NCBI GenBank assembly: GCA_951406725.2
Contig: OX597821.1
Span: 51,336,001-51,400,000 of the forward strand
From: Octopus vulgaris
Lineage: Eukaryota
Direction of reading: 5' to 3'
DNA length: 64,000 nt
Of the stretch, positions 14,334 to 28,740 are shown piece after piece (positions within the stretch are counted from its first letter, which is position 1; every line of letters starts with the position of its first letter). Below the pieces are notes generated by a model. It saw only the letters and a program-made list of their open reading frames with translations, was not told where the DNA came from and did not search any database. A program made the translations under genes and the position numbers.

Positions 14334-14793
14334 TTAGGCCGTCAACTATGAAATTTGTAGAGAAGAAAAAAGTTTGCTAATGTTTTATAAATACAAGGAA
14401 TAGTTGTATTCATCAAAGTATGCACCCATATTGTCAATACACTTTTGCCATTTCAGCGGTATCTTGTCCAGCCCGGAACTGTAAAAGCCTGGCAATCTAT
14501 AGTCAATAAAATCTTGGAAGGCCTGTTTTACAGCATTGTCGGAATTAAGTTTTTTTCCTATCATAAAGTTAGCCAAATTCTGGAAGAAGTGGTAGTCAGT
14601 GGGAGCAAAATCAGGTGTGAATGGTGGATGATGGAGAACTTCCAATCCAAATCCTGTAGTTTCGTCTTGTCTTACAATAAAATAGGAGTGGAACTAAGTT
14701 TCTACATCATTTGGCCAAGTTGGCTGCTGTATATTTCGGCTGTGATTGATGAGCCAGGTTTAATGAAATCATAATGAAACACACCTGCGCCAG

Positions 14794-14795
<2 letters not shown>
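14334..14795 (-). mobile_element. mariner transposon 3' fragment with one TIR, internally deleted
   Basis: EVLHHPPFTPDFAPTDYHFF..KWQKCIDNMGAYFDE (YSPDLAP-type motif) and [19 protein letters not shown]; terminal ttaggccgtcaactatgaaat follows TA. Confidence 0.9.
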
Positions 14796-14830
<35 letters not shown>

Positions 14831-14980
14831 CATATAAATATATATGTATATATATATGTATATATATGTGTGTGTTTGTGTCTGTGTATGTATATCTATG
14901 TATTTATATATGTAAATATGTAAATATATCTGTTTATATATATGTGTATATATATGTATATATATAATATATAACATATA

Positions 14981-15017
<37 letters not shown>

Positions 15018-15029
15018 TTGCAGGCGGAA

Positions 15030-15465
15030 TGTAAAAAGAAACAAAGAAAATACACACTGGGTATACTTACAAATAAATGATTTGAGGGCAATTAAGAAGT
15101 ATAAACATCATTATAATGAGTCAATTTAGAAAGTCATACCGGTTTCACCATCGCTGTTCACTGACTTTGAATCAACAACATATCTTATAGTGCCTGAGTG
15201 AAAAGATTTCATGCATGGGAGGTGAGCAGTTCTGAATGTCATGCAGTTAAATTAATATGATTAATAGAGGATGAATGGTATATGGGATGTCTGAGAATTA
15301 GTAGGATTATTGGCATTAGTAAGGATAGTAGTGTCCTGTATAAAATTGTGTGTTCATGTTAAGCTGTGGCTGATCATTTATTTGTATATACATACCTTTG
15401 TTTTTTATTAAAAAAGCGTTTACTTTTATTCTTAGTGTGCATTTTCATTCTTTCCTTTTACTTTA
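15030..15465 (-). mobile_element. Small inverted-repeat element with an internal hammerhead, between (TA)n tracts
   Basis: Left gtaaaaagaaacaaagaaaatacacact-gggtatacttacaaataaatga is imperfectly complementary to right tcatttatttgtatatacatacc..agtgtgcattttcattctttccttttac. Confidence 0.6.
15130..15168 (-). ncRNA. Minimal type I hammerhead ribozyme, G3-C8 core variant
   Basis: aaaguca GUGAACA gc-gaug-gu GAAAC CG GUA ugacuuu: perfect 7-bp helix I, 2-bp helix II, palindromic ACCGGU helix III. Confidence 0.7.
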
Positions 15466-15532
15466 CCAAGTGTAGTCTTTTTTCTATTAAATATATGTCT
15501 GTATATATATATATATAATATCTATCTATCTA

Positions 15533-15534
<2 letters not shown>

Positions 15535-15595
<61 letters not shown>

Positions 15596-15672
15596 GTATA
15601 TATGTATATGTATATATATGTATATATATATGTATATATATGTGTGTGTGTATGTATGTATGTATGTGTGTG
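15535..15672. repeat. (TA)n/(TG)n compound microsatellite
   Basis: Direct reading. Confidence 0.95.
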
Positions 15673-17414
15673 TTTTTGTCTGTGTGTACGTATCTGCCAT
15701 TAAATATCAGTTTTCTACTAAGTCTATTAATTTCAAACTCATTTGCCACAACGAATTTCCTTATTATTTCCCAGTATCATTTATGAACTCCCTTCTAAAC
15801 CTGCCTTATCAAATTGCATTTAATTCACTATGCTTTATACTATTGGTTTACACTGTCTAGCATAACAATATGAGAGTCAAGCACTGATGTGTTTTGCAGA
15901 AACTACTTATAACAGCTAATATAATATCCAAGGAATGTTTTTTTTAAAAATAGACGAAATCCTTGAAAGAAATTATTTGTGAATTTTTAAAAATATATAT
16001 TTCTTATCTATTACATTAAACCGAAAATGATATTGAATTGCTCTTTTAAAATGGTCCTTTATACACCTTCTTTATGATGGTAGATTATAAACGTGCTGAA
16101 AGAAATCACCTTCAGATAAACAGCTGTTGTGATTTTAACAGACTTTTTTTTTTCAAGGTCAATGAATCCTCAACAAAATATGTTTTATTTTGTTATCCTT
16201 ATCTTTGTTTGCGTTATAAACATACTGTCTTCAGTCTCATTACTTGTCTCTGATAGTTGTCGATTAAACATTTCAAACATACAGAATGAGGTTCCTCCTG
16301 TTAAATAGTACACTAATTTATGTGTGCTTTCAATTCATTTATCTCTACTCGTATGATAAGTACAGACAGAGGAGTCTCTATTTTCCATTTGTTTGTCAAT
16401 GACAACAACAGATGATCGTCAGTCATTGAATCTCGAGTGTGATTCTCCTTCAAGTCTATATTAATGGGTGATAGCTTGTTATCGGTTGGATAGTGCTGTG
16501 CAGGCAGTAAACACGTGGTTGTTAGCAAATAAATATCTTAGTTGGAACGTATGTTCTCAACACTAACAGTAAGAGAGAACCGTTACGACTGATAATTCCG
16601 AACTCATATCTATATGTGTCTCATTCTATTTTCCTACGAAAAGTACAATATATTAAAAATTTACATAGTTGTTCTTTCGTCACTACCTTACAACTACATG
16701 TTTCGCTAATACAAGGAGAATAAAACCGAAACATGAATATATTTGTCTTTCGTACTTGATGAAATATATAAATTATATAAAAGAGTATTTAGCATTGATT
16801 AAAAATTATTCCTTCGCCGCATAATTATTTCCCAATAGATTTCTTTTCGTCACACTTGCAGTTAACACTAATATTAAATATGTCAAGCAGAATTGACAGT
16901 TCTACAAAATTGACATAACTATTATATGCAGCCCTGTATTGCTAAAATAAGTTAGTTATATTCTATAAAATTATGGATTGCGTCCTTTATCTTTAAATCA
17001 TAATATATTTTACAATATGCTAAATTAGTCATACTAAACAATTTTCTCTTTATTTTCTATAAATCTCGATAGATTTATGAACGCAAGTTTATTCAAAAAT
17101 CGGCCGTGATGAGTAATTAATATGTTCAATATTCGTTATATTTCAATGTCATTCATTTAAATTTGACTTCGTACACTTGGTGAGAATGAAAAATCAGATG
17201 TGTTACAGAGTCTCGTTTTTTGTATGCCTACCTTTCTATTTCCACAAATCTTGAAATAGAAGAGATTTCTAAGCCATGGGAATTCCATTTATGCTTAAAG
17301 AAGGAAAGAGGATATAGATATATAGACATGTATTTGATTTTTAATCCATCGATCTCTACGTATATGCTTATATGTGTGTGTAATAATATATCTTTCGTTT
17401 ATAATTGTTTTTGT

Positions 17415-18014
17415 AATGTAACTGCGGCCTTGCAGGGCATTGCCTTGAATTTATTGGGACGAATCGTCTCCAGTACTTCTATATTTAAAGCTTGGTACTT
17501 ATTCTATCGGTCTGTTTGTTGCCGAACCACAAGCTTACGGGGACGTAAATACATCAACACCGGCAGGCAAGCGAGGTGGGGGACAAACACAGCCACATAA
17601 ACACACTACACACATACTCTCTCTCTCTCTCTCTCTCTCTCTCGCTCTTTCTCACTCTCACACTCACTCACATACACACAAACACTTACACACACACACA
17701 CTCACATACATATGCTTATTCTGTGTAAGCCTAGAATTTATTCTATCGGTGTCTTTTGCTGAACCGCTAAGTTACGGGGACGTAAACGCACCAGCATCCG
17801 TTGTCAAATGATGTTGGAGGGACAAACCCGGACACACAAACACACACATATACGACGGGCTTCTTCCAGATTCCGTCTACCAAATCCATTCACAACGCTT
17901 TGGTCGGCCCGAGGCTATAGTAGAAACACTTGTCCAAGGTGCCACGCAGTGGGACAGAACCCATGACCATGTGGTTAGTAAGCAAGCTACTTACCACACA
18001 GCCACTCCCGTGCC
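17415..18014 (-). mobile_element. SINE family B, two overlapping or tandem pieces separated by (CT)n/(CA)n
   Basis: ttattctatcggt..gaacc..ttacggggacgtaaa occurs twice (~17499 and ~17738); head at 17860-18014. Confidence 0.85.
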
Positions 18015-18501
18015 CTTGTTGATGTGAAGCAAAGAGAAGTAAACTTGACGCAGTTAATTTGCTCCAGTCGAGATTATCGAGAGTATCTCCGTCTCCCATA
18101 ATTTCTGACAAAGCTTTACGACAAATAAAATCGCTTTAACTAGAATATCATAAGAACCGACAAAAATATAATAAAAATTTGATTTATTAACTGACATACA
18201 ATAATGTATTTCAATTTTGTGTTCCCTTAGTCTTCATAACTTTCAAAGGATAATTTCATTATTTCAACGCATTTCAACTAAAGGATAAATTTAATACTTT
18301 AAGTTTACAAGTCAAAGGTAAATTCAGTTATTAATCATGAAAGAATATTCGAATTCCTCCCGGCTTTTAACTGTTAACACAGTTAGAATATTTTTCCTAG
18401 CGAAGGTAGCGGAATCGTGTGAGAGAAATTTAATAAAGTTCTTATTTGACACACGTTGAAGAAAATCGTTATAATCAGTAACATATTGTTTATAACAAAT
18501 T

Positions 18502-18545
<44 letters not shown>

Positions 18546-18608
18546 GCTGCTGCTACTACTACTACTGATGCTGCTGCTGCTACTACTACTACTACTACTA
18601 CTACTACA
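18502..18608. repeat. (CTA)n/(CTG)n compound microsatellite
   Basis: Direct reading; explains the poly-Ser ORF. Confidence 0.95.
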
Positions 18609-18619
18609 TAGAAGAGGAC

Positions 18620-18927
18620 GACGATAAAACAAGTACCAGTTAATCACTAGGGTTGATGTAATCCTCCCCTAAATTTCAGGCCTTGTGCCACGAGTAGAAA
18701 TGATTATTATTATTGTTGTTGTCAAGGCGGTGAGGTGGCAGAATCGTTAGCACGCCGAGCAAACTGCTTAGCGGCATTTTGTTATGAATTCAAATTCCAC
18801 TCAGGGCAAATTTGCCATTTATCCCTATCGGGGTTGATAACATATATACCAGTAGAGTCGATGTAATTGGCTTACCATCACCTCCAAACTTGCTGGGGTT
18901 GTGTCAAAATTTGAAACCATTATTATT
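18620..18927 (+). mobile_element. SINE family A, a 3' half followed head-to-tail by a full copy
   Basis: cgataaaacaagtaccag..ggccttgtgcc..(att)n, then aaggcggtgaggtggcagaatcgttagcacgcc..tttgaaaccattattatt. Confidence 0.85.
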
Positions 18928-20816
18928 AATTTTGTTTATTAATTTTATTGTTATTAGAAAGATTGACACCATATGTCAGATCCATTAAATGCTTAATATC
19001 AACCACTAACAATTTTTATCATAATACCTCTATAAGATATAAAGGCATACACACATATACTAATTACACAAGCATAAAATATTTATGTGTATGTGTTTAT
19101 ATGTAGCACACATTAATGCATACATAAATACATACATATATACATATCCAGACACATTCATACCTGCCTATATACGCACATACACCAATACATACGTGCA
19201 TTCAAATTATGAAAAATGCATTACGCATACACATATATATATGTTCATTCACATACACAGCAGCCTTAGCGCTCACACGCCCTCTCACACATCAAATATT
19301 TTATTGGCAATGGTTTATTAGTGTGGAACGTAGCTTTTTTTTATTCTTTGAAAATCCGTTTCCAAATATCGGAAGCCTTCAGTTTATAAATCAATTGTCC
19401 CTCATACATTTCCTCGGAGGAACAATATGACTTCAATATTCCATTTATGATAAATATTCATGAAATAAGAAAGAAATCAAAAGTAATAACGCCACCACCA
19501 CCTCCACGACCAGCACTACCACCAACAGCATTTTACTTTTCTATAAATGTGAGATTTTGCTTCTCTCTGAAGACAAGTTTCTTAATGTTCGCTACTGGTA
19601 AATTATTGGTGTGCCTTTGTCGTTATTAATACTGAAGATAATATGGTGCGCTAACCAAACTGCGCCTTTATATGATATTTCTTGTTTGATTTTCTTTCAC
19701 ATTGAACATACTTATGCTCAGTAGATAGATTTCTCGGCGTGATAGTGCTTATCTAGAAATATATGTTTCCTGAATATTTTCCAGTGTGCCGTATTTTCCC
19801 AACGAATGTTTCTTTTGCTTCATATTGTTTCAATGATGAGTCATAAAAATGATATATGCTGCTGTTTGTTAGGCTTCGTGGGTGGGAGGATCTTAAAGAA
19901 AATCAAATACTGCACCAGCATGGCCATAGCCTCTGGTTAAAACCGATAATAAAATAATGGAATAATTATGTAAGTTCTTTCCTCATAATTCAGAGAAGAA
20001 TACCTTTCTAACTATTGATAAGCGAAGACGCAAAAAACGCGATGCATATTGTTTGTGCTCTTGCTACTGCTGTTGTTATTATTATTTGTAGTCTATACTC
20101 ATTCTTGATTCACAAAATATGGCCTATCGTTGGTAATCACCTATAACAATTTTTAGAAATTACGTAAGAAGTCCTTTAATTTCTTTAAGACGGATGGCTA
20201 TTTGGCTATAATTTTCAGCAACTTAAGACGATAGAACCATACCGAAGTGCTGTGAACAGTTGCCTTATACTCGCCTCTATGCGGTGCGTTGTTCTATTTC
20301 GTTATTTCAGTTTTATTATGCTGGGATATGGAATACATTTAAGGACAAAATTTCTACAAAGCAATGATTCTAAAGATCCTTTACAGTCGAGAAAAAAAAT
20401 TCTACCAATACCACTAAGAACAATATAATCAATATTATTGATTCCAGAGAAAATACTTCCTGATGTCTAATATATATTTTATCTTATATTCGTAGCAAAC
20501 ATTCTTAATACACTTATCAGCAAACAGCAAATAGTCTTCATACTACATGTTAAAGTATATAATGTAGGATATAGAACAAGAAATGTTTGTGTACATACGA
20601 TTTTGATGCTATATGATAATATACAGATATGTTATATTTCGGATCGGTGACACTTGAAGCGTATAAAGGTATATATGGTGGTGTATAAATATTGGGTTAA
20701 AAGACTCTTGAGTAGGAAAAAGGTATAGAAAGCTACTCTGGGATTCAACCCTGATCCCCTGTGAGCATGACAGATGTTATATATGTATATTTATTCATAT
20801 GTGAATTATGTATATT

Positions 20817-20960
<144 letters not shown>

Positions 20961-21004
20961 GAAATGCATACATGCATACATACTCACATATGTTTCTTAT
21001 TGTG

Positions 21005-21183
21005 AGCAGTGGATCTCGAAGCGCAGGCAAAAAGCTGTAAATAAATAAATATTGCTTTGAAAAACACTGTTGGACTGTATAATCAAAGGCTGTTTGTATA
21101 CAAACCAATATTTCCTGGTCCACGAGCAGCTTTCTTAACCGAGTATTTACATGCTATTTTGATGTGCTTCGACGTCCACTGTT
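21005..21183. mobile_element. MITE-like element with ~40-bp imperfect inverted ends
   Basis: agcagtggatctcgaagcgca..agctgtaaata versus tatttacatgct..tgtgcttcgacgtccactgtt. Confidence 0.55.
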
Positions 21184-21472
21184 TTAAAAGCGAATTCTCT
21201 CGTAAGTTTAGGAATCCTTATAACCTCAATATGTGGCTGTGCTCATGTGTATGTAATATTTTAATTTACATTTATGAACGTATACGATTCTCTCTAACAT
21301 GAATTCTAACTCGTGCTCACATCGATTCATTCTATTGCATTGGTTACATGAAAATGTTAGTCATAAAATGTAAAAGTTCTCATAAAACATAATCTGTATA
21401 CTGGAATGTGATTTTATAACCGTTATATGAGCAGACATGCTTACTTGCCTACCTATATACACGTACATTGAT

Positions 21473-21503
<31 letters not shown>

Positions 21504-21807
21504 CACGCATATACACACACATATACTCTTTATATTTTTATAGATGCAGTTTAAAGGAATTTCGCGAGAGACATAAAGCCATCTCATAGTAAAGGTGCAG
21601 AACGCAATGAAATGTTTTCATACTGGCAACTTAGTTTCCATGTCACGTAAGAAATATATACAATACATACAGTAGCAAAATGTTATATGAATAGCAATCT
21701 CTTCTTATGAGTTATAAGGAGATTGCTGTTTAGGTAATACATGTACATTTTACGAAAACCTGAGTGGATATCCGCTGAAGTCCGTTTCAGAATATGTCTG
21801 TTCGACG

Positions 21808-21868
21808 TGGCTGGTCATGGCTGAAGATGGCTGGACATGGCTGGGCGTGGCTGGACCTGACTGGACAT
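21808..21868. repeat. 10-bp minisatellite (TGGCTGGACA-like), about 6 units
   Basis: tggctggtca tggctgaaga tggctggaca tggctgggcg tggctggacc tgactggaca. Confidence 0.9.
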
Positions 21869-22521
21869 TACACTCCATCGAACATCACTGTACAAAAGAA
21901 GCTGTGTGCTGCTCTTACTTCTGTAAAGAGCCAAGTTGGAACAATATATTACCAATATTTCTGACAAATTATGGCAGGGTGAATGTTAATATTTATTGCA
22001 CCTGGTCTCAAACCAAGGATTGTTAAGGGATGAAAAGCATTACGCTTGGTATTGTCCAGCAATTCATTATTTCAGATCATTTGTTCCTTAAAGTTTAATA
22101 CTTCCTAAAATGAATTATAGGCTACAGCGTCTGAGGACGGTCGCTGAGATCAATCCCTTGATAGTAAAATACACTCTCCCTTTGTGATACATGAATTCAT
22201 ATATGAAAACCAACCTATTGACTAAAGGGAAATAATTATGAAGATATACGCTTTACTAATTTCGCCATTTCACCGCTTGCTGTTACATTATAATGCTGTC
22301 TGTTAACTAATTGCTTCTCTCTTCTCCACTAAATGTTCGCATCTTATCTTTCCCTGATGAAAAAAGGATAAAATCTGTTTGAATCCTTCCTGAAATTATT
22401 AATGCTAGTTTACTCATACCTGCTTCTGTTCCATGCTCAAGTCCCATCGGCGTAGAATTTGTCATTCCTTCTTGGATGTACAGGAGTTGATAAAATCTTT
22501 AAAATTTTCTCTTCTAAATAT

Positions 22522-23185
22522 CGTGCCTGTGAATTGGAAGAATCGTTAGAATCGCGGGGTAAATGCTTTGCTTCTTTAGGTTCTCGGTTCGAATCGCAAC
22601 GAGATCACCTTTGCCTTTCATTTTTCCAACTAGATAAGCTAAAGTATTGTTCAAATGATGGTGTTCATGATATCGAGTACTTCTATTCCTATCAAAATTG
22701 CCGGACTTAGACCTGAATCAGACACCATTGTTTTTTTATTATCCTTCAGGCCTTGTGCCTATAGTAGAAAGTGTTATTTTCTGAGTTGGACAAACTACAT
22801 AGGTGCTAATTCTTCCGGTTCTACTTTTAGAGTTCAAAATCCTCCGGAGGTGACTTGGCCTTTTATCCTTTCGGAGTCGATAAAATATGTACTAGTAGTG
22901 TACTGAAGTCGATGCAATCGACTGGTCTCTCCAGCTAAAATGTCAGGTCATTGTACCTTTAGTAGCAAAAAATAAATAGGATTATTATATTAAATAATTA
23001 AGGCGGCAAGCTAGCAGAATCGTTAGTGCGTTGGATGATAATATTTAGCGGCATTTTTTTCGAATTCCTTACGCCCTTGGTTAAAAATGCGCAGCGGATG
23101 GGTTTTCCTTTCATTCTTTGGGAGCAATGAATTAAGTAGCAGTTGATTGCTGGGATGTATGTAATCGAGTATCGGACCTACCAGT
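22522..23185 (+). mobile_element. Tandem cluster of 3-4 degenerate SINE family A copies
   Basis: Repeated agaatcgttag heads (22540, 23016), ctttgcctttca/ggccttttatcctttcggagtcgataaaat cores and ggccttgtgcc-type tails. Confidence 0.75.
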
Positions 23186-23960
23186 AGATTGATTGATTGA
23201 TTCTAGTTTCAGCTTATGAGCTGTGGCCATGCTGGGGCACCGCCATTATTATTATTAATAAGAAAGAATTATTATTAATATTTTTTCTCATTGTTGTTTT
23301 CCTCGATATATTAGCTTATTCCTTTTCCACAGGATCAAAGCGTCTGTCCTTGCGTCGTAACATTCCCCAAATTTAATCTTCTAACAGGAACTCATTTGCA
23401 AAGCTTTTAGATTCTCACAAACTTTACGACACATAAAATATATGTTACCACTTTTATTACGTAGAAACCAGTCTGCTCGTCAAGTGTTTCATATCAGATT
23501 CTAATTTGCAAAATGAAAAAGACAGGATAAGCACACAGGAAAAATTAATCTAGCTGCTTGATTGAAACTGAAATTATTATAGATTGAAATAATTACAAAA
23601 CCGCAGTGTATGATGGAAGTACAGGTTTGGTCATTTCCCGCCATGTATTCATATTGAATAGAATTTAATAAAAATAAATATATAAATCATATATTAAAAG
23701 AGTGGCATAAGTTATTGATAATGTATAATAGGAGAAAATTGCTATTTATATAGGATATTGCAAAATCTATGATTCTTTCCCAACCGTCAAGAAGATCAAA
23801 GTTGTTTTAGAATGCTACCTTCACAGCATATTGGCTTTCCAAATGATATTGCTTCCATGCCTGATAAAAATCATTCACGCATGGCAAGAGAGCTATTATA
23901 CATTCATAGCTATCCATACCCTCTATTTCATAATACATCCATACATACACACACAAAACC

Positions 23961-24263
<303 letters not shown>

Positions 24264-24319
24264 CAGATAGATAGGTGGACAGATAGATAAATATAGATAT
24301 ATATGTAGGTATATATTGA

Positions 24320-24515
24320 ATGCAGATGACTGTCATAATCGTTAGAGCGTCGGAGGAAATGCTTTGCGGTATTTGCTTTGGTTGTGACAGTCTTAGATCA
24401 AATCAGGCTGCGATCAATTATATTTTTCCCACTTCCGGGATAGATGAAAAACAGAACCAGTGAAGTGCTGTGGTAGTTCTAATCTGCTATAACCCTTCAC
24501 CTAAAAATGGTGGTT
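24320..24515 (+). mobile_element. SINE family A, very degenerate
   Basis: aatcgttagagcgtcgg..aaatgctttgcggtattt. Confidence 0.5.
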
Positions 24516-24584
24516 TTTCCCTAATTTAAAAACAATGTTGTGTGCCCGTGTGTGTGTGTGCATCTGTGTTTGTGCGAGAGAGAG

Positions 24585-24626
<42 letters not shown>

Positions 24627-25558
24627 TGCGTGTGCCTGTCTGTCTGTGTTTTCGTGCATATGTATGTGGTTTGGCAGTGAATGTAACTTTCCTGTTTTGT
24701 AAAAGCCGTGAATTCGATGTTTTCTGATGCCGACACATGAAGGAGAATTACACTTTGCACCAGATATCGAGCACGTTCTTTCTTATTCGTTGCAACTCGC
24801 TTGAAACAATCTGCATATAAATACATACATGCACAGATAAATACATACATGCACACACACACACACACACATATGTATGTATATATGCATATTTATGTTT
24901 GTATATGAGTACATATATACATAGAAATATACGCACATATGCATGTATATATATATATATGTATATACATACATACACACACACACACATGATTGCATAT
25001 GCATATGTATTGCCAGACTGATTTAGCTTGTGCTAAAACTACTTTTATCACCTGCCATACTTTTTCTGAAATCAAAGTGATACATGCCTAGAGGACGGAT
25101 TATAAATTATATGATCGCGAATCGATTACAAGTATTATTATATGGTGCATACGGTCACAATAAGACAACACCCACTCTCTGGGAGACATATTATTAATGA
25201 AGAGTCAATACCTCATCAATAACTTATTAAACTTCTATTTGTTATCGATCACATTTGTAACATTTATCGTGTTATGAAGAACACGTTTATATTTAATGTT
25301 CAATAAATTCAGCGAACTCAATTATATGGGTTCGTAGAGATCGTTAAAACGGCAGACCAGATGGCTTGTGGCGATATAGCCAGATGTTTTAGCTCTGACT
25401 TGTTTCAACTCTCACCAAAGTCAACATTGGATTTCGTTCTACACGGTCGATAAACAAAGTATCAACCAAGTATAGGATCGATTTAATTGCCTACAATTCT
25501 CTTAATTCCTGGCTATTCGTCTATTTTAGTAACATTAAAATATGTACACACACACATA

Positions 25559-25964
25559 GGCGTAGGAGTGGCTGTGTGGTAAGTAGCTTGCTTACGAATC
25601 ACGTGGTTCCGGGTTCAGTCCCACTGCGTGGTACCTTGGGCAAGTGTCTTCTACTATAGCCTCGGGCCGACCAAAGACTTGTGAGTGGATTTGGTAAATG
25701 GAAACTGAAAGAAGCCCGTCGTATATATGTATATGTATGTGTGTGTGTTTGTGTGTCTGTGTTTGTCCCCCCTAACATCGCTTGACAATCGATGCTGGTT
25801 TGTTTACGTCCCCGTAACTTAGCGGTTCGGCATAAGAGCCCGATAGAATAAGTACTAGGCTTACAAAAAAATAAGTCCTGGGGTCGATTTGCTCGACTAT
25901 AGGCGGTGCTCCAGATTGGCCACAGTGAAATGACTGAAGCAAGTAAAAGAGTAAAGAGTAAAGG
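25559..25964 (+). mobile_element. SINE family B, full length (tRNA-like head, CORE-like ccttgggcaagtg, internal TA/TG repeat, GTAAAAGA tail)
   Basis: ggcgtaggagtggctgtgtggtaag..gggttcagtccc (A/B box-like); closely similar to 45090-45490. Confidence 0.92.
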
Positions 25965-25970
25965 GTATAG

Positions 25971-26008
<38 letters not shown>

Positions 26009-26020
26009 ATACCAGCGTTC

Positions 26021-26098
26021 AGGCGTATGGCTCAGTGTTCTGAATGTCGGGTTCACAAACATGAGGCAGCGTGTTCGATTCCTGAAACTGGCTGTGAG
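26021..26098 (+). mobile_element. Isolated tRNA-like SINE head
   Basis: ggcgtatggctcagtg (A box-like) and gttcgattcc (B box-like); no acceptor-stem pairing. Confidence 0.55.
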
Positions 26099-27147
26099 TA
26101 GCCATCAAAGGATTAAAGGAAACAAGACATCGACTTGAATGCTCCTTTCTTAAATCTAGGAAATTATTCAGTTCGTTATTTACGAGAAATTATTAATTAG
26201 CTAATTTTCGTAACAAACACATACAACTAAAATGTAATTTGTTCATTTCACAACCACCAATCCAGTTAATTTATTGCTAATACCTCACAAATGTATTTCA
26301 GAATGTATTAATAATTATATAGAGCATTATATCAGTTGATGTTCTTGTCGATATTTAGTCACAAACCCTAAGTCAAACTATTTTAAGAGAACCTAAGGTC
26401 TCAGAAACTCTTCACGTGACCACCTCACTCTTTTCTTTAGAAATAGTGTAAGCTGGATAGAGTACTTTAGAGAATATACCATAGTTCTCCAATGCAATAA
26501 TAGTATGTAGTTTGAGAGTGAGTTAGCTGCTGTTTCAAATTGAGCGAGCAAAGACGTACATAAAGCAGGCATGGACACCTCTTTCGAGAAGTGGGCCACA
26601 TAAGACATTGATTAGTTTTTCTTTAAGCGGGCCATTCCTTAGACGGGCCTCAGGTTGCTCGTGACTATGGTTCAGTACCCCTTGATTAAACCGTTCACCT
26701 TCAAAACTATTAGTCTAAAGGAGAAGAAATAAGGTTTCAGTATATCCCAAGTATGAGAGGATAATTGATTCCACCGGGTCTGAAATAAGATGGGGTTTGA
26801 CCCTTATCATTTTTTCTCCGGTGTTTAAATATGATCGATATTCTATTGTTTTTCACGGCTATCATATCAAGTTTCGTTTTGACAGTCACACCTAAAAGCT
26901 TCAGTGACGGTATTACTATGTCTATGTGAATGTTTTCTACGACCTTTCAATTCCGATTCAGTATATTTGATAAGGAAAATATTATTTTGTTTCGCTTGTC
27001 AGGATGCTCACTACAGAATGGATGCCAGGTACCCAATCGTAACTGGTTAATGAAAGAATCTTTACGTGGTTAGTCGAGCTCCTTGATGTAGCAGTGTAAT
27101 GTCCCTCGTATTGCACTCCAACATCTTAATACCCAGCAACAGAAAAG

Positions 27148-27302
27148 CAGGCGTTGCTATGTGATTAAGAATTTTACTTCTCAACGACAGTCTTCCCGGT
27201 TCAATTCCACAGAGTGGTACCTTGGGCAGGTGTTTTCTTCTGTAGCCTTTGGCCGATCATGACCTTTTCATTGGATTTCGTGGACGGAAATTAAAAGAAG
27301 CA
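27148..27302 (+). mobile_element. SINE family B, degenerate 5' part
   Basis: ggttcaattccac..ggtaccttgggcaggtg..gacggaaattaaaagaagc. Confidence 0.7.
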
Positions 27303-27304
27303 TA

Positions 27305-27363
<59 letters not shown>

Positions 27364-27371
27364 ATGTAATA

Positions 27372-27435
<64 letters not shown>

Positions 27436-28084
27436 TACAATCATATAATGTGGTGCTAAAAAGTTCCTGGGTTTGCGTAAAAGAAAATATTGGAGGATCA
27501 GTTCCAGTTTTTGTAAGCATTGTAAAAGAAACTCCGAAGGTTGGGTCTGAAACCAAGCCTTTCGCGACACTCGAATATGCATGGTGTTATTTCTATAATG
27601 TAAGTATTATTTCAACAACTAAGCAGACGGGCCTAAATAATATATCGATTTAAAAGTTAAACCTAACAAATCTCTTATCAAATTACGCTGTCTACTGTAA
27701 AGCCGGCAACGCTATCTCAGTTCCAATTAGATTCTTCTTGTTAGACATTTATCTTAATATATTTGGTTTTTAATTTTGCATTACATTAATTTAAATAGAA
27801 AGCAGCCATCTTTAAATCATTAAAAGCTTTCTAGGAGACATTTACTTATAGGTGAAAATTATTGGCAGTTTGTGAAATATAAGAGCATATATTTTACTTC
27901 TATGTTTGGAGAGAATAATTTTTGTTAGCAACGAAGTCGTAGAATGAATATTTCGTTGTTTTTCACTCTCACGAATTTCTTTCATTTCAGCTTTTAAGTT
28001 GATTAGTTGAAGCATTAGGGAAATCAATTTTTAGAAGCATTAATTTTAATCACGAACGAGGCCCGAGCGAAATGAACAAATGTA

Positions 28085-28085
<1 letters not shown>

Positions 28086-28159
<74 letters not shown>
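28086..28159. repeat. (AAT)n microsatellite
   Basis: Direct reading. Confidence 0.97.
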
Positions 28160-28273
28160 TAGAATTTCGTAACAATAACAGCAACAATAATATTAATATT
28201 AAAAATAATAACTTAATAAGATAAAAATTAATTAAAACAGTGACAATATGGAAAAACACGTATCTAACGGACA

Positions 28274-28337
<64 letters not shown>

Positions 28338-28451
28338 TACACGCACACACGCACACACACACACACACATACACATATATATATATAGGGATGGTATTAT
28401 TAAAATACCATCACAAGTGGTAAGCGAATTATCAGCCGTACATGCAAATTG

Positions 28452-28492
<41 letters not shown>

Positions 28493-28562
28493 AACCAATG
28501 TACACCACATAGTTCTGATGGATTGTCCAGTCAATTCCTGATATAATAATAATAATAGTAAA

Positions 28563-28740
<178 letters not shown>

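Noticed and set aside
21808-21868. Regularly spaced repeats as a possible CRISPR array
   Set aside because: Contiguous 10-bp units with no spacers, in a eukaryotic context
22352-22400. CTGATGA..aaggat/atcctt..GAAA as a hammerhead
   Set aside because: No helix I pairing and no credible helix III or triplet
25559-25635. tRNA-like sequences at SINE heads (also 32835-32909, 45090-45165, 26021-26098)
   Set aside because: A/B boxes are present but there is no complete cloverleaf, and most continue into repeat bodies; treated as SINE heads, not tRNA genes
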